Origin: the human T2T-CHM13v2.0 reference genome, Homo sapiens
Strand: one strand, 5' to 3'
DNA length: 64,000 nt
Assembly: GCF_009914755.1 (NCBI RefSeq)
Contig: NC_060933.1
Made by a program: the position numbers and the translations under genes. Shown piece after piece: positions 40,001 to 56,100 of this stretch. Within the stretch, counting starts at the first letter, position 1. Each line of letters begins with the position of its first letter. The notes beneath the pieces were generated by a model. It ran no database searches, was not told the DNA's origin, and worked only from the letters and a program-made list of their open reading frames with translations.

Positions 40001-42450
40001 TTCCATTCCATTCCATTCCATTCCATTCCGGATGATTCCTTTCCATTGCATTCCTTTCCATTACATTCCCCTGCACTCGGGTTGATTCCATTCCATTCCT
40101 TTCCATTCCATTCGATTCCATTCCATTCCCCTGCACTCGCGTTGATTCCATTCCATTCCATTCCATTCCATTCCTTTCCTTTCCATTCCATTCCATTCCA
40201 TTCCGTTCCGTTCCATTCCATTCCATTCCGTTCCGTTCCATTCCATTCCATTCTATTCGGGTTAATTCCATTCCATTCCATTCGATTGCAATCGAGTTGA
40301 TTCCATTCCATTCCATTCCATTCCATTCCATTCCAGTCCTTTCCATTCCTTTCCATTCCATTACTGATGATTCCATTCCATTGCATTCCATTCCATTCCA
40401 TTCCCCTGTACTCGGGTTGATTCCATTCCATTCCATTCCAATCCATGCCATTCCACTCGTCTTGATTCCATTCTTTCCTTTCCATTCAAGTTGAATCCAT
40501 TCCATTGCATTCCATGGCATTCGATTCCATTCGATTGCACTCGGGTTGATTCCATTCCATTGCATTCCATTCCATTCCATTCCGTTCCATTCCATTTCAT
40601 TACATTCAGATTGATTCTATTCAATTCCCTTACACTCCATTATATTCCAATCCATTCTGGTTGTTTCCATTCCATTCCATTCCATTTCACTCCATTCCAT
40701 TGCACTCGGGTTGATTCCATTCCATTCCATTCCATTGCATTCCATTCGATTCCATTCCGGATGATTCCATTCCATTGCATTCCATTCCATTCCATTCCCC
40801 TGCACTCGGGTTGATTCCATTCCATTCCATTTCATTACATTCCGTTCCATTCCATTCCATTCCATTCGGATTGATTCTATTCAATTCCCTTACACTCCAT
40901 TACATTCCATTCCATTCGGGTAGTTTCCATTCCATTCCATTCCATTCCTCTCTATTCCATTGCACTCGGGTTGATTCCATTCCATTCCATTCCATTCCAT
41001 TCCATTCCATTCCATTCCATTCCATTCCGTTCCATTGTACTCGGGTTGATTCCATTCCATTGCATTCCATTCCATTCCATTCCATTCCATTCCATTCCAT
41101 TCCATTCCGTTCCATTCCATTACATTCCGATTGATTCTATTCAACTCCCTTACTCTCCATTACATTCCATTCCATTCGGGTTGTTCCATTCCATTCCATT
41201 CCATTCCACTCCATTCCATTGCACTCGGGTTGATTCCATTCCATTCCATTCCATTCCATTCCATTCCATTCCATTCCATTCCGGATGATTCCATTCCATT
41301 GCATTCCGCTCCATTACATTCCCCTGCAGTCGGGTTGATTCGATTCCATTCCATTCCATTCCATTCGATTCCATTCCACTACAATTCTTTCCATTCCGTT
41401 CTATTCCGTACCATGCCATTCCATTCCATACAATTCCATTCCCTTCCACTCCGTTCCGTTCCGTTCCGTTCCGTTCGGTTCCATTCCATTCCATTCCATT
41501 CCATTCCATTCCATTCTATTCGGGTTAATTCCATTCCATTCCATTCGATTGGAATCGAGTTGATTCCATTCCATTCCATTCCATTCCATTCCATTCCATT
41601 CCATTCCATTCCTTTCCATTCCATTACGGATGATTCCATTCCATTGCATTCCATTCCATTCCATTCCCCTGTACTCGGGTTGATTCCATTCCATTCCATT
41701 CCAATCCATGCCATTCCACTCGTGTTGATTCCATTCTTTCCATTCCATTCATGTTGAATCCATTCCATTGCATTCCATTCCATTCCATTCCCCTGCAGTC
41801 GGGTTGATTCCATTCCATTCCATTCCATTCCATTCCATTCCATTCCATTCCATTCCGTTCCGTTCCATTCCATTACATTCCATTCTATTCGGGTTAATTC
41901 CATTCCATTCCATTCCACTCCATTCCATTCCAATCGAGTTGATTCCATTCCATTCCATTCCATTCCATTCCACTCCATTCCAGTCCTTTCCATTCCATTC
42001 CACTCTGGTTCATTCCAATGTATTCCTTTCCATTCCATTCCATTCCATTGCAATCGAGTTGATTCCATTGCTTTGCATTCCATTCCATTCCATTCCATTC
42101 CGGATGATTCCATTCCATTGCATTCCATTCCATTCCATTCCCCTGCACTCGGGTTGATTCCATTCCATTCCACTCCATTCCGTTCCATTCCATTCCATTC
42201 CATTTTATTCGGGTTAATTCCATTCCATTCCATTCCATTCCATTCCATTCCATTCCATTACCATCGAGTTGATTCCATTCCATTCCATTCCTTTCCAGTC
42301 CTTTCCATTCCATTCCACTCGGGTTGATTCCATTCTATTAGTTTCCATTCCATTCCATTCCCTTCCATTCCACTCTGGTTGATTCCATTCCTTTCCATTC
42401 CACTCGAAAACATTCCCTCCTATTCCACTCGGAACAATTCCATTCCATTC
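37080..42450 (-). repeat. ~2.67-kb tandem duplication (units ~37080-39780 and ~39780-42450), with a partial third copy at ~44490-46440
   Basis: ORF pairs 37951/40617, 38109/40775, 38713/41379, 39102/41768 and 39407/42073 are all offset by 2666. Shared CCATGGCATTCG, ATTACCATCGAG, CCATTTTATTCGGG and AAAACATTCCCTCC...GGAACAATTCC. Confidence 0.9.
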
Positions 42451-45400
42451 CATTCCATTCCATTCCATTCCATTCCATTCCATTAAATTCCATTCCATTC
42501 CATTCCATTCCATTGTACTCGGGTTGATTCCATTCCATTGCATTCCATTCCATTCCATTCCATTCCATTCCATTCCGTTGCATTCCATTCTATTACATTC
42601 GGATTGATTCTATTCAACTCCCTTACTCTCCATTACATTCCATTCCATTCGGGTTGTTCCATTCCATTCCATTCCATTCCACTCCATTCCATTGCACTCG
42701 GGTTGATTCCATTCCATTCCATTCCATTCCATTCCATTCCATTCCATTCCGGATGATTCCATTCCATTGCATTGCGTTCCATTCCATTCCCCTGCACTCG
42801 CGTTGATTCCATTCCATTACATTCCATTCCATTCCATTCAATTCCATTCCATTACAATTCGTTCCATTCCATTCTATTCCGTACCATTCCATTCCATTCC
42901 ATACCATTCCATTCCATTCCATTCCGTTCCATTCCGTTCCATTCCATTCCATTCCATTCTATTCGGATTAATTCCATTCCATTCCATTCCATTCCATTCT
43001 ATTCCAATCCATTGCAATCGAGTTGAATCCATTGCATTTCATTCCATTCCATTCCATTCCATTCCATTCCATTCCATTCCGGAAGATTCCATTCCATTGC
43101 ATTCCATTCCATTCCATTCCCCTGCACTCGCGTTGATTCCATTCCATTCCAATCCATTCCATTCCATTCCGTTCCGTTCCGTTCCATTCCATTCCATTCC
43201 ATTCCATTCCATTCCATTCCGTTCCGTTCCATTCCATTCCATTCCATTCTATTCGGGTTAATTCCATTCCATTCCATTCGATTGCAATCGAGTTGATTCC
43301 ATTCCATTCCATTCCATTCCATTCCATTCCATTCCATTCCATTCCTTTCCATTCCATTACGGATGATTCCATTCCATTGCATTCCATTCCATTCCATTCC
43401 CCTGTACTCGGGTTGATTCCATTCCATTCCATTCCAATCCATGCCATTCCACTCGTGTTGATTCCATTCTTTCCATTCCATTCAAGTTGAATCCATTCCA
43501 TTGCATTCCATTCCATTCGATTTCATTCGATTGCACTCGGGTTGATTCCATTCCATTCCATTCCATTCCATTCCGTTCCATTCCATTCCATTACATTCGG
43601 ATTGAATCTTTTCAATTCCCTTACACTCCATTACATTCCATTCCATTCGGGTAGTTTCCATTCCATTCCATTCCATTCCTCTCCTTTCCATTGCACTCGG
43701 GTTGATTCCATTACATTGCATTCCATTCCATTCCATTCAATTCCATTCCGTTCCATTCCATTCCATTACATTCGGATTGATTCTATTCAACTCCCTTACT
43801 CTCCATTACATTCCATTCCATTCGGTTTGTTCCATTCCATTCCATTCCATTCCTCTCCTTTCCATTGCACTCGGGTTGATTCCATTCCATTGCATTCCAT
43901 TCCATTCCATTCAATTCCATTCCGTTCCATTCAATTCCATTACATTCGGATTGATTCTATTCAACTCCCTTACTCTCCATTACATTCCATTCCATTCGGG
44001 TTGTTCCATTCCATTCCATTCCATTCCACTGCATTCCATTGCACTCGGGTTGATTCCATTCCATTCCATTCCATTCCATTCCATTCCATTCCATTCCATT
44101 CCGGAAGATTCCATTCCATTGCATTCCATTCCATTCCATTCCCCTGCACTCGCGTTGATTCCATTCCATTCCATTCTATTCCATTCCATTCCCTTCCTTT
44201 CCGTTCCATTCCATTCCATTCCATTCCATTCCATTCCATTCCGTTCCGTTCCATTCCATTCCATTCCATTCTATTCGGTTAATTCCATTCCATTCCATTC
44301 GATTGCAATCGAGTTGATTCCATTCCATTCCATTCCATTCCATTCCATTCCATTCCATTCCTTTCCATTCCAATACGGATGATTCCATTCCATTGCATTC
44401 CATTCCATTCCATTCCCCTGTACTCGGGTTGATTCCATTCCATTCCATTCCAATCCATGCCGTTCCACTCGTGTTGATTCCATTCTTTCCATTCCATTCA
44501 AGTTGAATCCATTCCATTGCATTCCATGGCATTCGATTCCATTCGATTGCACTCGGGTTAATTCCATTCCAATGCATTCCATTCCATTCCATTCCATTCC
44601 ATTCCGTTCCATTCCATTTCATTACATTCAGATTGATTCTATTCAATTCCCTTACACTCCATTATATTCCAATCCATTCTGGTTGTTTCCATTCCATTCC
44701 ATTCCATTTCACTCCATTCCATTGCACTCGGGTTGATTCCATTCCATTCCATTCCATTGCATTCCATTCGATTCCATTCCGGATGATTCCATTCCATTGC
44801 ATTCCATTCCATTCCATTCCCCTGCACTCGGGTTGATTCCATTACATTCCGTTCCATTCCATTCCATTCCATTCGGATTGATTCTATTCAATTCCCTTAC
44901 ACTCCATTACATTCCATTCCATTCGGGTAGTTTCCATTCCATTCCATTCCATTCCTCTCTATTCCATTGCACTCGGGTTGATTCCATTCCATTCCATTCC
45001 ATTCCATTACATTACATTACATTCCATTCCATTCCGTTCCATTGTACTCGGGTTGATTCCATTCCACTGCATTCCATTCCATTCCATTCCATTCCATTCC
45101 ATTCCATTCCATTCCGTTCCATTCCATTACATTCGGATTGATTCTATTCAACTCCCTTACTCTCCATTACATTCCATTCCATTCGGGTTGTTCCATTCCA
45201 TTCCATTCCATTCCACTCCATTCCATTGCACTCGGGTTGATTCCATTCCATTCCATTCCATTCCATTCCATTCCATTCCATTCCATTCCGGATGATTCCA
45301 TTCCATTGCATTCCGCTCCATTACATTCCCCTGCACTCGGGTTTATTCCATTCCATTCCATTCCATTCCATTCCATTCTATTCCATTACAATTCTTTCCA

Positions 45401-48400
45401 TTCCGTTCTATTCCGTACCATGCCATTCCATTCCATTCAATTCCATTCCATTCCATTCCACTCCGTTCCGTTCCGTTCCGTTCCGTTCCGTTCCATTCCA
45501 TTCCATTCCATTCCATTCCATTCTATTCGGGTTAATTCCATTCCATTCCATTCGATTGCAATCGAGTTGATTCCATTCCATTCCATTCCATTCCATTCCA
45601 TTCCATTCCATTCCATTCCATTCCTTTCCATTCCATTACGGATGATTCCATTCCATTGCATTCCATTCCATTCCATTCCCCTGTACTCGGGTTAATTCCA
45701 TTCCATTCCATTCCAATCCATGCCATTCCACTCGTGTTGATTCCATTCTTTCCATTCCATTCAAGTTGAATCCATTCCATTGCATTACATTCCATTCCAT
45801 TCCCCTGCAGTCGGGTTGATTCCATTCCATTCCATTCCATTCCATTCCATTCCATTCCGTTCCGTTCCATTCCATTACATTCCATTCTATTCGGGTTAAT
45901 TCCATTCCATTCCATTCCACTCCATTCCATTCCAATCGAGTTGATTCCATTCCATTCCATTCCATTCCATTCCATTCCACTCCATTCCAGTCCTTTCCAT
46001 TCCATTCCACTCTGGTTGATTCCAATGTATTCCTTTCCATTCCATTCCATTCCATTGCAATCGAGTTGATTCCATTGCTTTGCATTCCATTCCATTCCAT
46101 TCCATTCCGGATGATTCCATTCCATTGCATTCCATTCCATTCCATTCCCGTGCACTCGGGTTGATTCCATTCCATTCCTATCCATTCCGTTCCATTCCAT
46201 TCCATTCCATTTTATTCGGGTTAATTCCATTCCATTCCATTCCATTCCATTCCATTACCATCGAGTTGATTCCATTCCATTCCATTCCATTCCAGTCCTT
46301 TCCATTCCATTCCACTCGGGTTGATTCCATTCTATTAGTTTCCATTCCATTCCATTCCCTTCCATTCCACTCTGGTTGATTCCATTCCTTTCCATTCCAC
46401 TCGAAAACATTCCCTCCTATTCCACTCGGAACAATTCCATTCCATTCCATTCCATTCCATTCCATTCCATTCCATTCCATTCCATTCCATTCCATTCCAT
46501 TTCGTTCCATTCCATTCTATTCCGTATCATTCCATTCCATTCCATTTCATTCCATTAAATTCCATTCCATTCCATTCCATTCCATTGTACTCGGGTTGAT
46601 TCCATTCCATTGCATTCCATTCCATTCCATTCCATTCCATTCCGTTGCATTCCATTCTATTACATTCGGATTGATTCTATTCAACTCCCTTACTCTCCAT
46701 TCCATTCCATTCCATTCGGGTTGTTCCATTCCATTCCATTCCATTCCACTCCATTCCATTGCACTCGGGGTGATTCCATTCCATTCCATTCCATTCCATT
46801 CCATTCCATTCCATTCCGGATGATTCCATTCCATTGCATTCCGTTCCATTACATTCCCCTGCACTCGCGTTGATTCCATTCCATTCCATTCCATTCCATT
46901 CAATTCCATTCCATTACAATTCGTTCCATTCCATTCTATTCCGTACCATTCCATTCCATTCCATACCATTCCATTCCATTCCATTCCATTCCGTTCCATT
47001 CCGTTCCATTCCATTCCATTCCATTCTATTCGGATTAATTCCATTCCATTCCATTCCATTCCATTCTATTCCATTCCATTGCAATCGAGTTGAATCCATT
47101 GCATTTCATTCCATTCCATTCCATTCCATTCCATTCCGGAAGATTCCATTCCATTGCATTCCTTTCCATTCCATTCCCCTGCACTCGCGTTGATTCCATT
47201 CCATTCCAATCCATTCCATTCCATTGCGTTCCGTTCCGTTCCATTCCATTCCATTCCATTCCATTCCATTCCGTTCCGTTCCATTCCATTCCATTCCATT
47301 CTATTCGGGTTAATTCCATTCCATTCCATTCGATTGCAATCGAGTTGATTCCATTCCATTCCATTCCATTCCATTCCATTCCATTCCTTTCCATTCCATT
47401 ACGGATGATTCCATTCCATTGCATTCCATTCCATTCCATTCCCCTGTACTCGGGTTGATTCCATTCCATTCCATTCCAATCCATGCCATTCCACTCGTGT
47501 TGATTCCATTCTTTCCATTCCATTCAAGTTGAATCCATTCCATTGCATTCCATTCCATTCGATTTCATTCGATTGCACTCGGGTTGATTCCATTCCATTC
47601 CATTCCATTCCGTTCCATTCCATTCCATTACATTCGGATTGATTCTTTTCAATTCCCTTACACTCCATTACATTCCATTCCATTCGGGTAGTTTCCATTC
47701 CATTCCATTCCATTCCTCTCCTTTCCATTGCACTCGGGTTGATTCCATTCCATTGCATTCCATTCCATTCCATTCCATTCCATTCCATTCCATTCCATTC
47801 CATTCCGTTCCATTCCGTTCCATTCCATTCCATTCCATTCTATTCGGATTAAATCCATTCCATTCCATTCCATTCCATTCTATTCCATTCCATTGCAATC
47901 TAGTTGAATCCATTGCATTTCATTCCATTCCATTCCATTCCATTCCATTCCGGAAGATTCCATTCCATTGCATTCCATTCCATTCCATTCCCCTGCACTC
48001 GCGTTGATTCCATTCCATTCCATTCCATTCCATTCCGTTCCGTTCCATTCCATTCCATTCCATTCCGTTCCGTTCCATTCCATTCCATTCCATTCTATTC
48101 GGGTTAATTCCATTCCATTCCATTCGATTGCAATCGAGTTGATTCCATTCCATTCCATTCCATTCCATTCCATTCCATTCCTTTCCATTCCATTACGGAT
48201 GATTCCTTTCCATCGCATTCCATTCCATTCCATTCCCCTGTACTCGGGTTGATTCCATTCCATTCCATTCCAATCCATGCCATTCCACTCGTGTTGATTC
48301 CATTCTTTCCATTCCATTCAAGTTGAATCCATTCCATTGCATTCCATTCCATTCGATTCCATTCGATTGCACTCGGGTTGATTCCATTCCATCGCATTCC

Positions 48401-51400
48401 ATTCCATTCCATTCCATTCCATTCCGTTCCATTCCATTCCATTACATTCGGATTGATTCTATTCAATTCCCTTACACTCCATTACATTCCATTCCATTCG
48501 GGTAGTTTCCATTCCATTCGATTCCATTCCTCTCCATTCCATTGCACTCGGGTTGATTCCATTCCATTGCATTCCATTCCATTCCATTCAATTCCATTCC
48601 GTTCCATTCCATTCCATTACATTCGGATTGATTCTATTCAACTCCCTTACTCTCCATTACATTCCATTCCATTCGGGTTGTTCCATTCCATTCCATTCCA
48701 TTCCACTCCATTCCATTGCACTCGGGTTGATTCCATTCCATTCCATTCCATTCCATTCCATTACAATCGAGTTGATTCCATTCCATTCCATTCTATTCCA
48801 TACCTTTCCATTCCATTCCACTCGGGTTGATTCCATTCTATTAGTTTCCATTCCATTCCATTCCCTTCCATTCCACTCTGGTTGATTCCATTCCTTTCCA
48901 TTCCACTCGAATACATTCCCTCCTATTCCACTCGGAACGATTCCATTCCATTCCATTCCATTCCATTCCATTCCATTCCATTCCATTCCATTCCATTCCA
49001 TTTCGTTCCATTCCATTCTATTCCGTATCATTCCATTCCATTCCATTCCATTCCATTCCATTCCATTCCATTGTACTCGGGTTGATTCCATTCCATTGCA
49101 TTCCATTCCATTCCATTCCATTCCATTCCATTCCATTCCGTTCCATTCCATTACATTCGGATTGATTCTTTTGAACTCCCTTACTCTCCATTACATTCCA
49201 TTCCATTCGGATTGTTCCATTCCATTCCATTCCATTCCACTCCATTCCATTGCACTCGGGTTGATTCCATTCCATTCCATTCCATTCCATTCCGGATCAT
49301 TCCATTCCATTGCATTCCGTTCCATTACATTCCCCTGCACTCGGGTTGATTCCATTCCATTCCATTCCATTCCATTCGCTTCCATTCCATTCCCCTGCAC
49401 TCGCGTTGATACCATTCCATTCCATTCCATTCCATTCCATTCCTTTCCATTCCAGTCCTTTCCATTCCATTCCACTCAGGTTGATTCCATTCTATTAGTT
49501 TCCATTCTATTCCATTCCCTTCCATTCCACTCTGGTTGATTCCATTCCTTTCCATTCCACTCGAATACATTCCCTCCTATTCGACTCGGAACGATTCCAT
49601 TCCATTCCATTCCATTCCATTCCATTTCATTCCATTCCATTCCATTCCATTCCATTTCGTTCCATTCCATTCCATTCCGTATCATTCCATTCCATTCCAT
49701 TCCGTTCCATTAAATTCCATTACATTCGGATTGATTCTATTCAATTCCCTTACACTCCATTACATTCCATTCCATTCGGGTAGTTTCCATTCCATTCCAT
49801 TCCATTCCTCTCCATTCCAATGCACTCGGGTTGATTCCATTCCATTGCATTCCATTCCATTCCATTCAATTCCATTCCGTTCCATTCCATTCCATTACAT
49901 TCGGATTGATTCTATTCAACTCCCTTACTCTCCATTACATTCCATTCCATTCGGGTTGTTCCATTCCATTCCATTCCATTCCATTCCATTCCATTGCACT
50001 CGGGTTGATTCCATTCCATTCCATTCCATTCCATTCCATTCCATTCCATTACAATCGAGTTGATTCCATTCCATTCCATTCTATTCCAGTCCTTTCCATT
50101 CCATTCCACTCGGGTTGATTCCATTCTATTAGTTTCCATTCCATTCCATTCCCTTCCATTCCACTCTGTTTGATTCCATTCCTTTCCATTCCACTCGAAT
50201 ACATTCCCTCCTATTCCACTCGGAACGATTCCATTCCATTCCATTCCATTCCATTCCATTCCATTCCATTCCATTCCATTTCGTTCCATTCCATTCTATT
50301 CCGTATCATTCCATTCCATTCCATTCCATTCCATTCCATTCCATTCCATTCCATTTCGTTCCATTCCATTCTATTCCGTATCATTCCATTCCATTCCATT
50401 CCATTCCATTCCATTCCATTCCATTGTACTCGGGTTGATTCCATTCCATTGCATTCCAATCCATTCCGTTCCATTCCATTCCATTCCATTCCATTCCATT
50501 GCATTCCGTTCCATTCCATTACATTCGGATTGATTCTTTTGAACTCCCTTACTCTCCATTACATTCCATTCCATTCGGATTGTTCCATTCCATTCCATTC
50601 CATTCAACTCCATTCCATTGCACTCGGGTTGATTCCATTCCATTCCATTCCATTCCATTCCGGATGATTCCATTCCATTGCATTCCATTCCATTACATTC
50701 CCCTGCACTCGGGTTGATTCCATTCCATTCCATTCCATTCCATTCGATTCCATTCCATTCCCCTGCACTCGCGTTGATTCCATTCCATTCCATTCCATTC
50801 CTTTCCATTCCAGTCCTTTCCATTCCATTCCACTCGGGTTGATTCCATTCTATTAGTTTCCCTTCCATTCCGTTCCCTTCCATTCCACTCTGGTTGATTC
50901 CATTCCTTTCCATTCCACTCGAATACATTACCTCCTATTCGACTCGGAACGATTCCATTCCATTCCATTCCATTCCATTCCATTCCATTCCACTCGTGTT
51001 GATTCCATTCCTTTCCATTCCATTCGGTTTGAAGGCATTCCATTCCATTCCATTCCATTCCATTCCATTCCATTCCATTCCATTCCATTGTACTCGGGTT
51101 GATTCCATTCCATTGCATTCCATTCCATTCCATTCCATTCCTTTCCATTCCGTTGCATTGCATTCCATTACATTCGGATTGATTATATTCAACTCCCTTA
51201 CTCTCCTTTATATTCCATTCCATTCGGGTTGTTCCATTCCATTCCATTCCATTCCACTCCATTCCATTGCACTCGGGTTGATTCCATTCCATTCCATTCC
51301 AATCCATTCCATTCCGGATGATTCCATTCCATTGCATTCCGTTCCATTACATTCCCCTCCACTCGCGTGGATTCCATTCCATTCCATTCCATTCCATTCA

Positions 51401-52980
51401 ATTCCATTCCATTACAATTCTTTCCATTCCATTCTATTCCGTACCACTCCATTCCATTCCATACCATTCCATTCCATTCCATTCCATTCCATTCCATTCC
51501 GTTCCATTCCGTTCCATTCCATTCCATACCATTCTATTCGGGTTAATTCCATTCCATTCCATTCTATTCCATTCCATTCTATTCCATTCCATTGCAATCG
51601 AGTTGAATCCATTGCATTTCATTCCATTCCATTCCATTCCATTCCATTCCATTCCGGAAGATTCCATTCCATTGCATTCCATTCCATTCCATTCCCCTGC
51701 ACTCGCGTTGATTCCATTCCATTCCATTCCATTCCATTCCATTCCGTTCCGTTCCATTCCATTCCATTCCATTCTATTCGGGTTAATTCCATTCCATTCC
51801 ATTCGATTGCAATCGTGTTGATTCTATTCCATTCCATTCCATTCCATTCCATTCCATTCCATTCCATTCCATTCCATTCCTTTCCATTCCATTACGGATG
51901 ATTCCATTCCATTGCATTCCATTCCATTCCATTCCCCTGTACTCGGGTTTATTCCATTCCATTCCATTCCAATCCATGCCATTCCACTCGTGTTGATTCC
52001 ATTCTTTCCATTCCAGTCAAGTTGAATCCATTCCATTGCATTCCATTCCATTGGATTCCATTCGATTGCACTCGGGTTGATTCCATTCCATTGCATTCCA
52101 TTCCATTCCATTCCATTCCGTTCCATTCCATTCCATTACATTCGGATTGATTCTATTCAATTCCCTTACACTCCATTACATTCCATTAAATTCGGGTAGC
52201 TTCCATTCCATTCCATTCCATTCCTCTCCATTCCATTGCTCTCGGGTTGATTCCATTCCATTGCATTCCATTCCATTCCATTCAATTCCATTCTGTTCCA
52301 TTCCATTCCATTACATTCGTATTGATTCTATTCAACTCCCTTACTCTCCATTACATTCCATTCCATTCGGGTTGTTCCATTCCATTCCATTTCTTTCCAC
52401 TCCATTCCATTGCACTCGGGTTTATTCCATTCCATTCCATTCCATTCCATTCCATTCAATTCCGGAAGATTCCATTCAATTGCATTCCATTCAATTCCAT
52501 TCCCCTGCACTCGCGTTGATTCCATTCCATTCCATTCCATTCCATTCCATTCCATTCCATTCCATTCCTTTCCGTTCCATTCCATTCCATTCCATTCCAT
52601 TCCAATCCATTCCATTCCGTTCCGTTCCGTTCCATTCCATTCCATTCCATTCTATTCGGGTTAATTCCATTCCATTCCATTCGATTGCAATCGAGTTGAT
52701 TCCATTCCATTCTATTCCATTCCATTCCATTCCATTCCATTCCTTTCCATTCCATTACGGATGATTCCATTCCATTGCATTCCATTCCATTCCATTCCCC
52801 TGTACTCGGGTTGATTCCATTCCATTCCATTCAAATCCATGCCATTCCACTCGTGTTGATTCCATTCTTTCCATTCCATTCAAGTTGAATCCATTCCATT
52901 GCATTCCATTCCATTCCATTCCCCTGCAGTCGGGTTGATTCCATTCCATTCCATTCCATTCCATTCCATTCCATTCCGTT

Positions 52981-53100
52981 CCGTTCCGTTCCATTCCATT
53001 CCATTCTATTCGGGTTAATTCCATTCCATTCAATTCCATTCCGTTCCGTTCCATTCCATTCCATTCTATTCGGGTTAATTCCATTCCATTCAATTCCATT
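52981..53100 (-). repeat. Exact 60-bp tandem duplication
   Basis: 52981-53040 and 53041-53100 are identical and include TATTCGGGTTAATT and CAATT. Confidence 0.95.
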
Positions 53101-56100
53101 CCATTCCAATCGAGTTGATTCCATTCCATTCCATTCCATTCCATTCCATTCCACTCCATTCCAGTCCTTTCCATTCCATTCCACTCGGGTTGTTTCCAAT
53201 GTATTCCTATCCATTCCATTCCATTCCATTGCAATCGAGTTGATTCCATTGCTTTGCATTCCATTCCATTCCATTCCATTCCGGATGATTCCATTCCATT
53301 GCATTCCATTCCATTCCATTCCCCTGCACTCGGGTTGATTCCATTCCATTCCACTCCATTCCGTTCCATTCCTTTCCATTCCATTGTATTCGGGTTAATT
53401 CCATTCCATTCCATTCCATTCCATTCCATTGCATTTCGTTCCATTCCATTCTATTCCGTATCATTCCATTCCATTCCATTCCATTCCATTCCATTCCATT
53501 CCATTCCGTTCCATTCCATTGTACTCGGGTTGATTCAATTCCATTGCATTCCATTCCATTCCATTCCGTTGCATTCCATTCCATTACATTCGGATTGATT
53601 CTATTCAACTCCCTTACTCTCCATTACATTCCATTCCATTCGGGTTGTTCCATTCCATTCCATTCCATTCCGCTCCATTCCATTGCACTCGGGTTGATTC
53701 CTTTCCATTCCATTCCATTCCATTCCATTCCATTCCGGATGATTCCATTCCATTGCATTCCGTTCCATTACATTCCCCTGCACTCGCGTTGATTCCATTC
53801 CATTCCATTCCATTCCATTCAATTCCATTCCATTACAATTCGTCCCATTCCATTCTATTCCGTACCATTCCATTCCATTCCATACCGTTCCATTCCATTC
53901 CATTCCATTCCATTCCGTTCCATTCCGTTCCATTCCATTCCATTCCATTCTATTCGGATTAATTCCATTCCATTCCATTCCATTCCATTCTATTCCATTC
54001 CATTGCAATCTAGTTGAATCCATTGCATTTCATTCCATTCCATTCCATTCCATTCCATTCCGGAAGATTCCATTCCATTGCATTCCATTCCATTCCATTC
54101 CCCTGCACTCGCATTGATTCCATTCCATTCCATTCCATTCCATTCCGTTCCGTTCCATTCCATTCCATTCCTTTCCATTCCATTCCATTCCGTTCCGTCC
54201 CATTCCATTGCATTCCATTCTATTCGGGTTAATTCCATTCCATTCCATTCGATTGCAATCGAGTTGATTCCATTCCATTCCATTCCATTCCATTCCATTC
54301 CATTCCTTTCCTTTCCATTCCATTACGGATGATTCCATTCCATTGCATTCCATTCCATTCCATTCCCCTGTACTCGGGTTAATTCCATTCCATTCCATTC
54401 CAATCCATGCCATTCCACTCGTGTTGATTCCATTCTTTCCATTGCATTCAAGTTGAATCCATTCCATTGCATTCCATTCCATTCGATTCCATTCGATTGC
54501 ACTCGGGTTGATTCCATTCCATTGCATTCCATTCCATTCCATTCCATTCCATTCCATTCCATTCCATTCCATTCCGTTCCGTTCCATTCCATTCCATTCC
54601 ATTCGGATTGATTCTATTCAATTCCCTTACACTCCATTACATTACATTCCATTCGGGTAGTTTCCATTCCATTCCATTCCATTCCTCTCCATTCCATTGC
54701 ACTCGGGTTGATTCCATTCCATTGCATTCCATTCCATTCCATTCAATTCCATTCCGTTCCATTCCATTCCATTACATTCGGATTGATTCTATTCAACTCC
54801 CTTACTCTCCATTACATTCCATTCCATTCGGGTTGTTCCATTCCATTCCATTCCATTCCACTCCATTCCATTGCACTCGGGTTGATTCCATTCCATTCCA
54901 TTCCATTCCATTCCATTCCATTCCATTCCATTACAGTCGAGTTGATTCCATTCCATTCCATTCTATTCCAGTCCTTTCCATTCCATTCCACTCGGGTTGA
55001 TTCCATTCTATTAGTTTCCATTCCATTCCATTCCCTTCCATTCCACTCTTGTTGATTCCATTCCTTTCCATTCCACTCGAATACATTCCCTCCTATTCCA
55101 CTCGGAACGATTCCATTCCATTGCATTCCATTCCATTGCATTCCATTCCATTCCATTCCATTCCATTTCGTTCCATTCCATTCTATTCCGTATCATTCCA
55201 TTCCATTCCATTCCATTCCAGTCCATTCCATTCCATTCCATTCCATTGTACTCGGGTTGATTCCATTCCATTGCATTCCATTCCATTCCATTCCATTCCA
55301 TTCCATTCCATTCCATTCCATTCCGTTCCATTCCATTACATTCGGATTGATTCTTTTCAACTCCCTTACTCTCCATTACATTCCATTCCATTCGGATTGT
55401 TCCATTCCATTCCATTCCATTCCACTCCATTCCATTGCACTCGGGTTGATTCCATTCCATTCCATTCCATTCCATTCCGGATGATTCCATTCCATTGCAT
55501 TCCGTTCCATTACATTCCCCTGCACTCGGGTTGATTCCATTCCATTCCATTCTATTCCATTCGATTCCATTCCATTCCCCTGTACTCGCGTTGATTCCAT
55601 TCCATTCCATTCCATTCCATTCCATTCCATTCCATTCCTTTCCATTCCAGTCCTTTCCATTCCATTCCACTCAGGTTGATTCCATTGTATTAGTTTCCAA
55701 TCCATTCCATTCCCTTCCATTCCACTCTGGTTGATTCCATTCCTTTCCATTCCACTCGAATACATTCCTTCCTATTCCACTCTGAACGATTCCATTCCAT
55801 TCCCTTCCATTCCATTCCTTTCCATTCCATTCCATTTCGTTCCATTCCATTCTATTCCGTATCATTCCATTCCATTCCATTCCATTCCATTCCATTCCAT
55901 TCCATTCCATTCCACTCGTGTTGATTCCATTCCTTTCCATTCCATTCGGTTTGAAGGCATTCCATTCCATTCCATTCCATTCCATTCCATTCCATTCCAT
56001 TTCATTGTACTCTGGTTGATTCCATTCCATTGCATTCCATTCCATTCCATTCCATTCCATTCCGTTGCATTCCATTCCATTACATTCGGATTGATTCTAT

